Assembly (NCBI GenBank): GCA_965116415.1
Contig: OZ220693.1
Span: 1,580,753-1,644,752, forward strand
Length of the DNA: 64,000 nucleotides
Direction of reading: 5' to 3'
DNA from: Dehalococcoidia bacterium
GTDB taxonomy: Bacteria > Chloroflexota > Dehalococcoidia > Lucifugimonadales > UBA1123
Shown here: positions 46,007 to 55,902 of the stretch, piece by piece
How the letters are laid out: each line of letters begins with the position of its first letter
Position numbering within the stretch: position 1 is the first letter of the stretch
Notes under the pieces: model-generated
What the model saw: the letters and a program-made list of their open reading frames with translations, nothing else
Told to the model about the DNA's origin: nothing
Database searches by the model: none
Translations under genes and position numbers: made by a program

Positions 46007-46441
46007 ATGCACATTCTCAAGAAGGTCATCGGCATCTTTCTCGTACTTGCCGGGTTTGCGGTTGCAGTCCACCTGGTTGTCGAGCCGCTCTATTACACTT
46101 CTACCGATGCCGACCCATCCAGCCCACTGTGGCAGGCTTTTCATCCGGTCGTGATTGCGGCGATCGTGTTCACGCTAATATTCAGCTATGCGAGAAAGCG
46201 CGATGTCGAACATGGCTGGGACGGCGCAGTGGTGAGCCGGGAGTTCCTGTCAGCCAATGTCGTCTTCTACGCCAGTCTGGTCGTGGGGATCCTGTACTTC
46301 TGGAACTGGTTCAACGACATCAGCCCAGCGTTCACGGCCATTGGCGGTGATGTCATCACGGTAACGTGGACGATCGTTGGCGTCGCACTTCCGCCCCTGG
46401 CAGCTGCAATGGGCGTCTCCTTGATGAAGTCTCGCTACTAG
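46007..46441 (+). CDS. Small integral membrane protein (about 4 TM), unknown function
   Basis: Four hydrophobic segments. An AT-rich divergent intergenic region lies upstream. Confidence 0.55.
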   Translation: MHILKKVIGIFLVLAGFAVAVHLVVEPLYYTSTDADPSSPLWQAFHPVVIAAIVFTLIFSYARKRDVEHGWDGAVVSREFLSANVVFYASLVVGILYFWNWFNDISPAFTAIGGDVITVTWTIVGVALPPLAAAMGVSLMKSRY

Positions 46442-46711
46442 CCCGCACGCACACGGGGTCTGCTCACTCCCATTCTGGAATATTCGCGAATCATACTGCC
46501 GCGCCGGCAGGCTATTCCTGGATGAAAACGGTCGTGCCGGACGGCCATCGCTTACGCCATAGTTGGTCAGCCGGTACATCGGCCCATCTCCCCTGCCAGG
46601 CCTGAGCGCTCCCTTCGAGGTCACTCATCATGAGTATTCCTCGGCGTAACTGCACATTCACCACTCTCTCCTTTATAGTGTTGCCTGCACGAATAGAGGG
46701 AGAGAGATTAG

Positions 46712-48415
46712 ATGGACTGGAGTGTTCTGCCTTTCATCACGGAAACGCAAGAACTGTTCACTCTGGCGGCCCGGGGAGACGAGATCCATGAGTCGCTGCT
46801 GGCGTTGGGCCTGCTGATCATCGTTGCAAAGCTGGCGGAGGGTGTCTTCCGACGGCTGCATCTGAGCTCCATCCTGGCGTACGCGCTGACAGGCGTCCTA
46901 CTGGGTCCGGCGCTAAATGCCCTGGGACTGTGGTCGATCCATCCCACAGGACACATCGATCTCCTGCTGACCCTGGGTGTGTTCGTCTTCTTCTTCCTGA
47001 TAGGCCTTGACGAGATCGATATTCCCAGCTTCGTGGCCAGCCTCAGGGGCCACTACTTCCTTGCCGCAGTTGTGTCCGTCCTCTTCTCGCTGGGCATTGC
47101 CATGCTGGTGACCACCGACTTCGTTCACGACTTCGGATTCGGTCTGAGCTTCAACCACTCGCTTGCGCTGGCGGGGATCCTGTCCATGAGCAGCCTCGGC
47201 ATAGTGGCCAAGGTGCTGGCCGACGAGGGAAAACTGCGGAACCCGATAGGGCTCCAGATCTTTACCGTGGTGGTGATCGCAGAGCTGATCACGCTGCTTG
47301 TCATCGGGTTCAGCATCGGCGATTACGTCTACGAGGTGTCGCTAACAGGGGTACTGGTGCTGGTCGCCAAGATCGGTGGGTTCGCTGCAGTCTGCTGGCT
47401 TCTGTCCTCCCGCGTACTCCCCCGGGTGGTCTCCGTACTTCAGAGGCTGATCAGGGTGCCGCAGCTCTCCCTGGGCCTGCTGCTGGGCTCGCTGTTCCTG
47501 ATGGTGGACGCGGCGGAGCTCATGGGACTGCACGGCACGCTGGGAGCCCTTCTCATGGGCGCGGCGCTGTCCAGTCTGCCCTACCAGACCCGACAGGAGG
47601 TTACGCCGGGACTGCGCGGCACCGCCGAGGGCCTGTTCGTGCCGCTATTCTTCGCGTCGGCTGGACTTCACTTTAGCTTCACCTTCGTGGAACTGCCTCT
47701 TTCGACCATGGCCGTCCTGGCGTTGATACCACTGGCAGGCAACTTCGTTGGCGCGTTTGTGGGCGCCTACGTGTCCAGGCTCACCGTGCCCTACGCGGTT
47801 GCCTCCGGCCTGATGGGAAAGGGCGTGGCCGAGATAGCCCTCCTGCTGGTCCTCTGGGAATCCGGGGCCGTCAGTGAGCCCCTGTTCTCATTCCTGGTGC
47901 TGGTGATGTTCGGCTACATCCTGCTGATGCCCACGGTGATCAGCTTCACGGTGAACTATGCCAGCAGACGTCTGACACCGGACACCCGGATACACGATGT
48001 CCCAAACGGTGTCATTCGATTCCCTCTGAACGAAGTCAGGGTGGATGACATCATGGACCCCGGTCGACCCCACCCCGATCCATCCCTCTCGGTTAGCGAC
48101 TTCACCGAGCAGTGGACCGTCCCACGCCAGCATGACTACGTACTGGTGAATGGCGACGATGAGGTCGGAATCGTCTCCCTGGGAATGCTGCGGTATCTGC
48201 CCGAGGACGCATGGCCCACGACCAGGCTGCGAGATGTCGTGCGAAGCGGCACGCCTGTCGCCCGGCCCGATGAATATGTCGAAGACGTGCTGCAGCGAAT
48301 GACGGAGAACCATCTCTCTGCCATCCCGGTAGTCGACAGCGAGTCCGGGAAGTTCCTGGGCTCTCTGACCAGCGACGACATCGTCGACCTGGTGGTCGAC
48401 AGAGGACGACTGTAA
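46712..48415 (+). CDS. Cation/proton antiporter (CPA-type Na+/H+ exchanger family) with C-terminal CBS pair
   Basis: About 11-12 TM segments, followed by VDDIMDP... and HLSAIPVVDSESGKFLGSLTSDDIVDLV. Confidence 0.85.
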   Translation: MDWSVLPFITETQELFTLAARGDEIHESLLALGLLIIVAKLAEGVFRRLHLSSILAYALTGVLLGPALNALGLWSIHPTGHIDLLLTLGVFVFFFLIGLDEIDIPSFVASLRGHYFLAAVVSVLFSLGIAMLVTTDFVHDFGFGLSFNHSLALAGILSMSSLGIVAKVLADEGKLRNPIGLQIFTVVVIAELITLLVIGFSIGDYVYEVSLTGVLVLVAKIGGFAAVCWLLSSRVLPRVVSVLQRLIRVPQLSLGLLLGSLFLMVDAAELMGLHGTLGALLMGAALSSLPYQTRQEVTPGLRGTAEGLFVPLFFASAGLHFSFTFVELPLSTMAVLALIPLAGNFVGAFVGAYVSRLTVPYAVASGLMGKGVAEIALLLVLWESGAVSEPLFSFLVLVMFGYILLMPTVISFTVNYASRRLTPDTRIHDVPNGVIRFPLNEVRVDDIMDPGRPHPDPSLSVSDFTEQWTVPRQHDYVLVNGDDEVGIVSLGMLRYLPEDAWPTTRLRDVVRSGTPVARPDEYVEDVLQRMTENHLSAIPVVDSESGKFLGSLTSDDIVDLVVDRGRL

Positions 48416-48484
48416 CCGGGCAAGGGCGGCGTCCTCGAACCATACGATTGCGAGGCGCTCTACCATCATTCCGGAAGGTGCGAG

Positions 48485-48593
48485 GAGACTGTGTCAGTTT
48501 GGTAGGCGGTGTTTTCACCCTCACCCCAGCCCTCTCCCTGAGGGAGAGGGGACCGCAGATTCCGTAGAGAGTCACCTACCAGATTGACACAGC
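48485..48593 (+). repeat. MITE-like element, about 110 bp, family A core with terminal inverted repeats
   Basis: The left end GAGACTGTGTCAGTTTGGTAGG is matched by the right end CCTACCAGATTGACACAGC. The core is TTCACCCTCACCCCAGCCCTCTCCCTGAGGGAGAGGGG. Confidence 0.85.
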
Positions 48594-48994
48594 TTCAGGT
48601 GCGATTGCTGACTTGCACAGGTCTCCGCGTCAGATGTAAAGTCCCTTCTCGGCCAATGCTGGATCGAGTTGTGCAAGTCTCGCATGTAGTTTTGTGTAGC
48701 TCTTTGTATCCCTGAAACCGGTACAGACAGAAAGACCTACCTATCGAGTCATACCTCCGAAACTCAAGCTCGATTTGTGTACAAACGAACCTATGAAAGA
48801 GGCCTGGGTGGTCGTAAGGTGATTGCAGTGATTCCACCTTGAGCACCAGCTATGATAGGGGAAACCCATCTAATATAATTCCATTTGAGGGCAGGAACAG
48901 TAAAGACGTTGCACATGGTGTCATTGAAGTAAGGGGCAGTGGAGTCAGGAAGTGGGCGATACATTGCAACTGAAGGTGAACATCGAGGGAAGCA

Positions 48995-49738
48995 ATGGAC
49001 TACAGAGATAGTGGACAACCCTTTCCCACAAGGGCGGGCGGTCCGAACCTCTTTCAGCGTGCCGGCAACCACTTCCAGTCCACGACGGTTTCAGCACTGA
49101 TTGGTCTTCTGCCCATAATCATTCCCATCGCAGTCATCGTGTATGTCGTGAACCTGGTCGACTCCATGGTCATACCGACGCTCACCATGGCGGTGAGGGA
49201 AATATCAGGTGAGAGACTGACACTCCCACAGATCTGGGGCCTTGGACTCGCGGTGGCGCTATTGGTGTGCTACCTGGTAGGGCTGACGGCTTCGTTCACG
49301 GTCGGCCGACGCCTTATTCGCTCTGCCATGAGTGTCATGAAATGGATACCGGTGGTCCGCACCATTGTACGAGTGACCGAGCAGGCCACCACGGTAGTGA
49401 CCGCGCAGTTCAGTTTCAGCCGAGTGGTGTTCCTCGAGTGGCCGAGGGAGGGTATGGTGGCAATGGGGTTCGTGACGGCAAGGGTCGAAAAGCTCGACAC
49501 GGAAGAGTCCCTGGCTATCGTCTACATCCCGACCGCTCCGAACCCGACATCAGGCAACATGGCCCTCGTTGCTGAGGACGATCTGTTTGAAACAGACATG
49601 TCGGTAGAGGATGCGATGAAGCTGGTGTTCTCAGGCGGCATCGCCACGCCGGATGCGATCTCGCTGGCCCGGATGCCTATTGAGTATCGTGTGCGGTCCG
49701 ATTACACGGGTCGATTCGACAAAGACTCACCGGACTGA
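48995..49738 (+). CDS. DUF502-domain membrane protein
   Basis: TM pair followed by VVFLEWPREGMVAMGFV and VYIPTAPNPTSGNMALV. Confidence 0.8.
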   Translation: MDYRDSGQPFPTRAGGPNLFQRAGNHFQSTTVSALIGLLPIIIPIAVIVYVVNLVDSMVIPTLTMAVREISGERLTLPQIWGLGLAVALLVCYLVGLTASFTVGRRLIRSAMSVMKWIPVVRTIVRVTEQATTVVTAQFSFSRVVFLEWPREGMVAMGFVTARVEKLDTEESLAIVYIPTAPNPTSGNMALVAEDDLFETDMSVEDAMKLVFSGGIATPDAISLARMPIEYRVRSDYTGRFDKDSPD

Positions 49739-49980
49739 AGGACGGGCGTTCCAGCAAACGTAAAGGCCACACCGACCGTCAGCATCGCCGCCATGAGGGA
49801 CTTCTACCCTCGCGCGGTGTGGTGACGCTTCCCGAGGCCGCGCAGATGTTGACCGATCTGTATAGTAACCCCTCGGTCGATTCTGCAGTTCCAGCATTGG
49901 CGCGCCCTGGTGAATCTATGTCAGGTAGGGCGCTTGCTTCAGGTGGTAGAGTTGATGACAACTCTCGCCTGAGGTGGTGC

Positions 49981-50616
49981 ATGCGTATTCTGAAATCGGT
50001 CGTCTGGGGACATCTCCGAAAAGTGATGGCCGAGGGGCTGATCATAGTCGTGCCGCTGGCCATCACCTTCTGGGTGCTTCGCCTGGTGTTCAACCTGATG
50101 GACGGGTTTCTGGGGCCCCTGATCGAAGACACGATCGGGCGCGACCTTCCTGGGATAGGCATTGCGGCGATGTTGCTGCTCGTCTACGTCGCCGGGCAAC
50201 TGTGGGAGCTTAGTCGCCTGAGCAGAAGGATGATCGAGGCCATTCAGAAGTGGGTACTGTCAATTCCCATCGTGGGCGCCGTATATAGCCCTGCCAGGCA
50301 GCTCATAGACTCCTTCTCAGGGACCTCCGACACAGGTTTCAAGCGTGTTGTACTGATCGAATACCCGAAAGCCGGCACGTGGATGATAGGCTTCCTGACG
50401 GCAACCACTATGACCAAGGATGGAGAGATGGGAGTCATCTACGTACCCACGGCGCCGACGCCCAACTCAGGCTGGGTTGGCGTCGTGCCGATCGACGGGG
50501 TGTACGACGTCGACATGAGCGTCCAGCAGGCCATGAGCATGGTGTTGTCGGGCGGTATAGTTACCCCTGATGAGATTTCCATGACCGATGTAAGCCCCTC
50601 ACCGTTGTCTGACTAA
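49981..50616 (+). CDS. DUF502-domain membrane protein (tandem paralog)
   Basis: Start at MRILKSVVWGHL. Motifs VVLIEYPKAGTWMIGFL and IYVPTAPTPNSGWVGVV. Confidence 0.8.
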   Translation: MRILKSVVWGHLRKVMAEGLIIVVPLAITFWVLRLVFNLMDGFLGPLIEDTIGRDLPGIGIAAMLLLVYVAGQLWELSRLSRRMIEAIQKWVLSIPIVGAVYSPARQLIDSFSGTSDTGFKRVVLIEYPKAGTWMIGFLTATTMTKDGEMGVIYVPTAPTPNSGWVGVVPIDGVYDVDMSVQQAMSMVLSGGIVTPDEISMTDVSPSPLSD

Positions 50617-50696
50617 CCAGCGAGGTCCAGGCATCGCGCAAGGTGAACTTGACCAGGGACTCACCCGAAGGCAACGAGTCTACCCAGCCCGACCCC

Positions 50697-50850
50697 CTAG
50701 CTAGGGTACTTGCCGAACATGATGAAGCCGTTGCTGTCGGGGATGTTGCATCCGGCGAGGGCGGTTTCGGCCTTGACTGTCACCTGCCGTGCGCCCGCTG
50801 TCCCCCGGAGCTCTCCACATCTTCCGTGCCATGCTGGCGACGGGCTGGTG
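50697..50850 (-). pseudogene. 3'-terminal fragment of a thiolase-like paralog
   Basis: Encodes ...LRGTAGARQVTVKAETALAGCNIPDSNGFIMFGKYPS, matching the C-terminus of 53963..55258. It carries the same internal deletion junction as the 51351 fragment. Confidence 0.8.
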
Positions 50851-50875
50851 ACGTACTTATTATCGATAAGCGCGT

Positions 50876-50916
50876 TTAGCGATAACAAGACTCCTCGCTA
50901 TTCTCGTTATCGCTAA
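50876..50916. other. 11-bp perfect inverted repeat TTAGCGATAAC ... GTTATCGCTAA (19-nt spacer), plus palindrome TTATCGATAA at 50859-50868
   Basis: Read directly. It lies at the junction between the thiolase fragment and the 3' side of the YgiT-type gene. Confidence 0.5.
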
Positions 50917-50988
50917 CAGCGAGCGACTTGTCATCTTCGCCCAGTCACGGGCGTTCACCGCATGAGCAGATGGTTCTCTACCGGATGC

Positions 50989-51222
50989 TCACGACACAAA
51001 CTCGTACACCTGCATGGAGACTGACCTCGTTGGCTCAGCTTCACCACGAAGCATCATCCGGACCTTTTCGGCTGTCTCACGGCTGAATGACTGCTCTCCA
51101 CACCGCGAACACACCGTGCACGGTACGCCCTCCACCAAATAGTGACGACCGTTGACATTGAAGACCTCCTCAGCAAGCTCTTCACGGCTGTCGTCAGCGC
51201 CGCAGACCGCACAGACGAACAT
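50989..51222 (-). CDS. YgiT-type zinc-finger protein (MqsA N-terminal-domain-like), orphan
   Basis: The CAVCG...CTVCSRCGE four-Cys pattern and 77-aa size are typical of the family. No toxin partner is seen. Confidence 0.7.
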   Translation of the reverse strand: MFVCAVCGADDSREELAEEVFNVNGRHYLVEGVPCTVCSRCGEQSFSRETAEKVRMMLRGEAEPTRSVSMQVYEFVS

Positions 51223-51350
51223 GTCTACCTCCTGACAGAATGGTCAATCCATTCATCCAGACTCGAGGATAGTGCCAAAATACCGCCATTCACAGACGCA
51301 GTAATGGGCAACCTCTCATAGCTCAACAGAGTTCCACACCACCCCACCCC

Positions 51351-51800
51351 CTAACTCGGGTACTTGCCGAACATGATGAAGCCGTTGCCGTCGGGGGTGT
51401 TGCAGCGTGCTAGAGCGGTCTCGGCCTTCACCGTTACCTGGCGGGCGCTTCTGTGCCGCGGAGCCCTCCCACATCTTCCGCGCCATGCTGGCGACCGCCT
51501 CCTGGTGCTCGGCCAGGGCACCGTGGAACTCCTGCCCCTGCTGTTCTACTGTGCGTGGCTGAGGATGTAGACTGGCTTCTGTCTCAGGTCCCTGGCACGC
51601 TCAGCGGTGGTGAAGATGAAGGCAGCACAGGTGTTGACCGGTCTGTCGCAGTCGTAGATTACCAGCGGCTCCTCGATCACGAGCCCATTCAGGTAGTCCT
51701 CGAGCGCAAGCTAGTAGGGCTCGTGCAAAGCGTAGAAGCCCCATGGCGTCATCAGGCCGTTTCGGCGCAGGTTAATGCAGAGAGGCACCCAGTCCGCGTT
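51351..51800 (-). pseudogene. Decayed fragment of a thiolase-like paralog with an internal deletion
   Basis: Collinear with 53963 to about 54650, except that about 0.2 kb (about 54082-54300 in the intact copy) is missing. In-frame stops are present. Confidence 0.8.
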
Positions 51801-52167
51801 TAGAAAACCCTGCTGATGGATCACTCAGAACATGGGAGTGACGAACCCCCTGGGATCTGATATGGGGAGAAACCCCGCGACCGGTTTCGAGGTCCCGCCG
51901 CTGGTTCGTTATGTGCATATTATGCAAAGTTGAACCTAGGAAGGTCATCGTATGCTAGCGCAAGCCATCCATTACTGGTCGATTGAAGCTGGAGGCAACT
52001 CACAGGCCGCCGCAGTACGTAGTTGACTTATGGTAGCATTAGGCCTCTGTTAAAGTTCCAGTCTGCTCCTCGCTACCACTTGGCCGTTTTCGCAGCTAGA
52101 CCGCCTCTGAAATCCTCCAAATGCCGAAAGATTGCCGACACTCATTTGAAGACATGGGGTTCTGGAC

Positions 52168-52518
52168 ATGCGCGACACCCTAAATCTGTACTTTTGGTTC
52201 AATGGAAGAATCATCCGATGGACCTATTGGTGGCGCGCCATTCCAGTCCTTCTCATTCTACTCGTAGCCTACGGGATGATGGTGGAGGGCATAGCCCCTC
52301 TGGGAGCTGCCGCGATCCTGCTGGCCAGCGGATGGGTCTACTGTGCCCTAACCATCAAGCGACTTCACGACAGGGGAAAGTCTGCTTGGTGGACTCTGAC
52401 CCTGTTCATTCTCTTAATTATCGGGGTGGGCTGGCTGAGTTGGGAATGTTCGAAGAAGGGATCCTACAGCAGAAACCGCTACGGCCTGTCGCCGGAGTAC
52501 CTACGGGATAATGAGTGA
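52168..52518 (+). CDS. DUF805-family inner membrane protein
   Basis: GRIIRWTYWW, TIKRLHDRGKSAWW and NRYG motifs. Confidence 0.8.
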   Translation: MRDTLNLYFWFNGRIIRWTYWWRAIPVLLILLVAYGMMVEGIAPLGAAAILLASGWVYCALTIKRLHDRGKSAWWTLTLFILLIIGVGWLSWECSKKGSYSRNRYGLSPEYLRDNE

Positions 52519-52746
52519 TTGAAAAGGGCCTTCGGATCGAGTCGCAACAAGACAGCCGCCATCGCCTTCATAGTACTCTGCTTGGTCGTGATCGCCAGTG
52601 TGCTCCTTCTCTTCGGCGACTCGCCTCAGATGTATGACAATAGCCTGACCTACCTTGTGGGGAAGGGAGATAGCGGGGGAACCGAATTATCGGACATGAT
52701 ATGGAAGAGCTACACGTATACCTTGACGAAAAGTATGCTGATCTAG
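52519..52746 (+). CDS. Small hypothetical membrane protein (weak)
   Basis: TTG start abutting the DUF805 stop, with one hydrophobic segment. Its end overlaps the next gene. Confidence 0.3.
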   Translation: MKRAFGSSRNKTAAIAFIVLCLVVIASVLLLFGDSPQMYDNSLTYLVGKGDSGGTELSDMIWKSYTYTLTKSMLI

Positions 52747-53465
52747 GCACCATCCATGACCTGCAAGTGACATCATTGACTGGAGTATTACTGGTATCCA
52801 GCCAGTTGGTTCCTTTCAGGCATAAGTACTTCGACTTGTTGAACGACCTTTTCCCCTCTCCACCAAAACGGCTGCCGAATTTCATTGAGGTTCATGCGAG
52901 TAAACTGTTTCCCGATGAACCAAATGACGAGGTTCGCTACGAGTTCATGCAGAATTTAGTCTCGATAATAAATGAAATGCAATTACCTGTTGTGAGAGTA
53001 GGCTATCGCCGAAATAGTGACGCGCAGGAGCTGTATGAATCTGCGGGATTGTGGAGAAACTATCAAGAGTTTGAGAAAAAAGCTCTGTTGAGCCTCTGCT
53101 TCTCAGGGTTCCAGAGTACACTTGATTCGTCTGAAGCACTCGTTTTCTATCACATGGAGACGGACAATTCAGATCTGCAATACCATACATTCCAGAGAAG
53201 TACCACCAACACTCAGTGGGTTGGTAGATTCTTGTTTCCAGAGAGCATGTCCGTTGACCCAGACAAAACTGGAGACGTGTCGTTTTACGCGAAAGGTTCT
53301 CCTTACGGGGTGTTGCCGGATTGTCTCGGATACCTGCTTCATCTGAGATGGAGAAATGATCAAGGTGATTATCTCAAGCCCTACGGATTGCGAATGGCAG
53401 AAATCTTCAATGAAATCAATGCGGAGCTAATTCAAGAGCAGGTTGTGGACATTCAGTCATCCTAA
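52701..53465 (+). CDS. Hypothetical protein, possibly DUF3800-like
   Basis: The N-terminal VYLDEKY resembles the DUF3800 YxDESG start, and LPDCLGYLLH near the C-terminus resembles its second motif. GC is clearly low. Confidence 0.4.
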   Translation: MEELHVYLDEKYADLGTIHDLQVTSLTGVLLVSSQLVPFRHKYFDLLNDLFPSPPKRLPNFIEVHASKLFPDEPNDEVRYEFMQNLVSIINEMQLPVVRVGYRRNSDAQELYESAGLWRNYQEFEKKALLSLCFSGFQSTLDSSEALVFYHMETDNSDLQYHTFQRSTTNTQWVGRFLFPESMSVDPDKTGDVSFYAKGSPYGVLPDCLGYLLHLRWRNDQGDYLKPYGLRMAEIFNEINAELIQEQVVDIQSS

Positions 53466-53906
53466 TGCATCTTGCCAAAGAGATACGTAAGAGAGGCGTG
53501 TGCTCCCAATGGATGCACCAGCGTGTGAACCCCTACAGAAAGCAAGGCACCTTCAGAAAACAGAGGGAGCACACTTATCATAGAGACGTTACCCATGCAT
53601 CATTACAGACGTTATAGTTGCAGTTCTCTTAGTTCGCTGATTTCTCCCTTCAACCCGTGGATCTCGGATCGCTTGGCTAAGAAACATGATGCCCCAGTTC
53701 ACACTACAGAATGAGTCTCTGAAGATTATCTGGTCACTCATTTAGTTCTCTAGCGTTCCGAACTCCTTCTCCCACCTGAACCCTGAATTAGTGCCTCCAC
53801 AAACCCAGCCGCGGGCAGCACCTCACAACCCACCCAAGAGCAACCAGCCCCACACCTAGTACCGTTTCGAGGTGGTTTTGCCATTTTGGCTTGACTGGCG
53901 AACCGT

Positions 53907-53930
53907 CCTTCGACAAGCTCAGGACGAACG
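53907..53930 (+). repeat. REP-like element, family B
   Basis: CCTTCGACAAGCTCAGGACGAACG, identical to 21148-21171. Confidence 0.85.
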
Positions 53931-53962
53931 ATCCTAGTCACCAGAATTAAGTGGAACCGGGA

Positions 53963-55258
53963 CTAGCTCGGGTGCTTGCTGAACATGATGAAGCCGTTGC
54001 TGTCGGGGGTGTTGCAGCCGGCGAGCGCGGTCTCGGCCTTCACTGTCACCTGGCGTGCTCCGGCTGTTCCCCGGAGCTGCTGGATGCTGTCGGCGTAGAG
54101 GACGGCGCGGTTGCGGCCTGTTCCGTTGTTGCCTCCGCTGGAGAGGAACGGGTGCGGACCCTCGACCCTGATGTCTTCGGCGTAGAAGTCATGTGCCTCG
54201 CCCCATCCGACGCCGTGCCACTGGAAGCCCTCCAGGAACTGCTGCGTGAACGTGAGGTAGCCGTCGTACGGGTTGAAGATATCGACGTCGCCAGGACCCA
54301 ACCCTGAGCCCTCCCACATCTTCCGCGCCATGCTGGCGACCGCCTCCTGGTGCTCGTCCAGGGTCGCCATGGAGCTCCTGCCCCTGCCGTTCTGCTGCGC
54401 GTGGTTGAGGACGTAGACCGGCTTCTGTCTCAGGTCCCTGGCGCGCTCTGCGGTGGTGAAGATGAACGCCGCGCAGGTGTTGACCGGCCTGTCGCAGTCG
54501 TAGATGATCAGCGGCTCCTCGATCACGCGACCGTTCAGGTAGTCCTCGATCGTGAGCTGATAGGGCTCGTGCAACGCGTAGAATCCCCAGGGAGTCTTCA
54601 GGCCGTTCCTGCGCAGGTTTATGCAGAGAGGCGCCAGCCCGTCGTGGGTCTTGCCGTACTTCTGGCAGTACTGGAGGAAGACCACCAGGTTGTTGAACAT
54701 CGCGCCGCTCTGGTATCCCCACGGAAGCGTGAAGGCGCTGTTTCCATGGGCCTCTTCGCTGACGTTCTGTGGGTTGTTGTGCCCGTACCGACCTGAGAGG
54801 TTGACCATCGGGTACCACACCAGGGCGGTCTCGCACAGACCATCGCCGACCGCCTGGGCGGCCAGGCCCATCATCGGGCCGATATAGGGCGCGTCGGACT
54901 TGAGGTACTTGACGTTCTTGAGACCAAGCTCCCGCTGTATCCACTCCGCCGACGTGTAGGTGAGGCCGTCTTCGGTGTCGAAGGGAGGATCGAAGTAGGG
55001 ACGAGGCGCCCAGGTCTGCTCGGCACGGGTCTCCGGGCTGGTGATTAGCCCGTCGATGTCGTCCAGCGACAGGCCCGCGTCGGCAATTGCGCTGAGACAA
55101 GCCTCCTTGGTCAGCCCGCCGCAGCTCCTGTCCAGGGACACGCCGTCCCAGCGACGGTCCATGTGGGACTGTCCCCAGCCCACCACGGCGACCTTGCCCC
55201 GGTGCTCCCAGACTCCCATGCCTTCCTGGTCTCTCATCCAACCTGTGTTGCTTGGCAT
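53963..55258 (-). CDS. Thiolase-like protein (SCP-x / DUF35-associated type)
   Basis: 431 aa with a thiolase-fold pattern. It is co-oriented with and adjacent to a DUF35 OB-fold gene, the usual partner. Confidence 0.8.
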   Translation of the reverse strand: MPSNTGWMRDQEGMGVWEHRGKVAVVGWGQSHMDRRWDGVSLDRSCGGLTKEACLSAIADAGLSLDDIDGLITSPETRAEQTWAPRPYFDPPFDTEDGLTYTSAEWIQRELGLKNVKYLKSDAPYIGPMMGLAAQAVGDGLCETALVWYPMVNLSGRYGHNNPQNVSEEAHGNSAFTLPWGYQSGAMFNNLVVFLQYCQKYGKTHDGLAPLCINLRRNGLKTPWGFYALHEPYQLTIEDYLNGRVIEEPLIIYDCDRPVNTCAAFIFTTAERARDLRQKPVYVLNHAQQNGRGRSSMATLDEHQEAVASMARKMWEGSGLGPGDVDIFNPYDGYLTFTQQFLEGFQWHGVGWGEAHDFYAEDIRVEGPHPFLSSGGNNGTGRNRAVLYADSIQQLRGTAGARQVTVKAETALAGCNTPDSNGFIMFSKHPS

Positions 55259-55352
55259 TTCGGCTCCCTTTGTGCTCTAGTTGATTGGCTTGATCCCCAT
55301 TCCCTCAAAGGAGAGGTGGTTGGTTGGGGAAGAAGGGGTTGGTTGTCGAGGT

Positions 55353-55394
55353 TTTCACCCTCACCCCAGCCCTCTCCCGTCAAGGGAGAGGGGG
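55353..55394 (+). repeat. REP-like element, family A
   Basis: TTTCACCCTCACCCCAGCCCTCTCCCGTCAAGGGAGAGGGGG, between the thiolase and DUF35 genes. Confidence 0.85.
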
Positions 55395-55428
55395 TCTGTT
55401 GGTTGGAGAGGAGACTGTTGAAGGTGGG

Positions 55429-55857
55429 CTAGGTGACCACCTGCCACTCGTGGACCAGCTGGCCGGTGCTCGTCTCTTCGAAGATCAGTTCCACCTGCGC
55501 TCCGACGGGGACCTCGCCCGGCGGTGTGCCCGGAAGGTTCGACAGGAAGTTGATGCCCGGGTCTTCGTCCAGGGTTATCACAGCGAAGTTGATGGGCTGC
55601 GCGGAGCGAAACCCCCTGATGCGGGAGTCGCGTATCACCATGTACACGTCGATGTGCCCCTTGCCCTCCACCTCTCTCCACTCGAAGGTGCCGGACTCTC
55701 CGCACTTGTCACAACGTGGGGTTGGGGGGTATTGCAGCCTCTCGCACATGGTGCACATCTGCAGCACCAGCCGCCGCTCGTTACAGGCGTCCCAGAAGGG
55801 CTTGGTCAGCTCGTTGGGGACGGGTGCGGGTCTCTCCAGGCCTGGGATCAATGACAT
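55429..55857 (-). CDS. DUF35 Zn-ribbon/OB-fold protein
   Basis: FWDACNERRLVLQMCTMCERLQYPPTPRCDKCG. The start at MSLIPG follows GAGGTGA. Confidence 0.85.
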   Translation of the reverse strand: MSLIPGLERPAPVPNELTKPFWDACNERRLVLQMCTMCERLQYPPTPRCDKCGESGTFEWREVEGKGHIDVYMVIRDSRIRGFRSAQPINFAVITLDEDPGINFLSNLPGTPPGEVPVGAQVELIFEETSTGQLVHEWQVVT

Positions 55858-55902
55858 GGTTCTCACCTCAGTCTTTGTCTGAGAAGATGGCTCCTCACGC
55901 CT

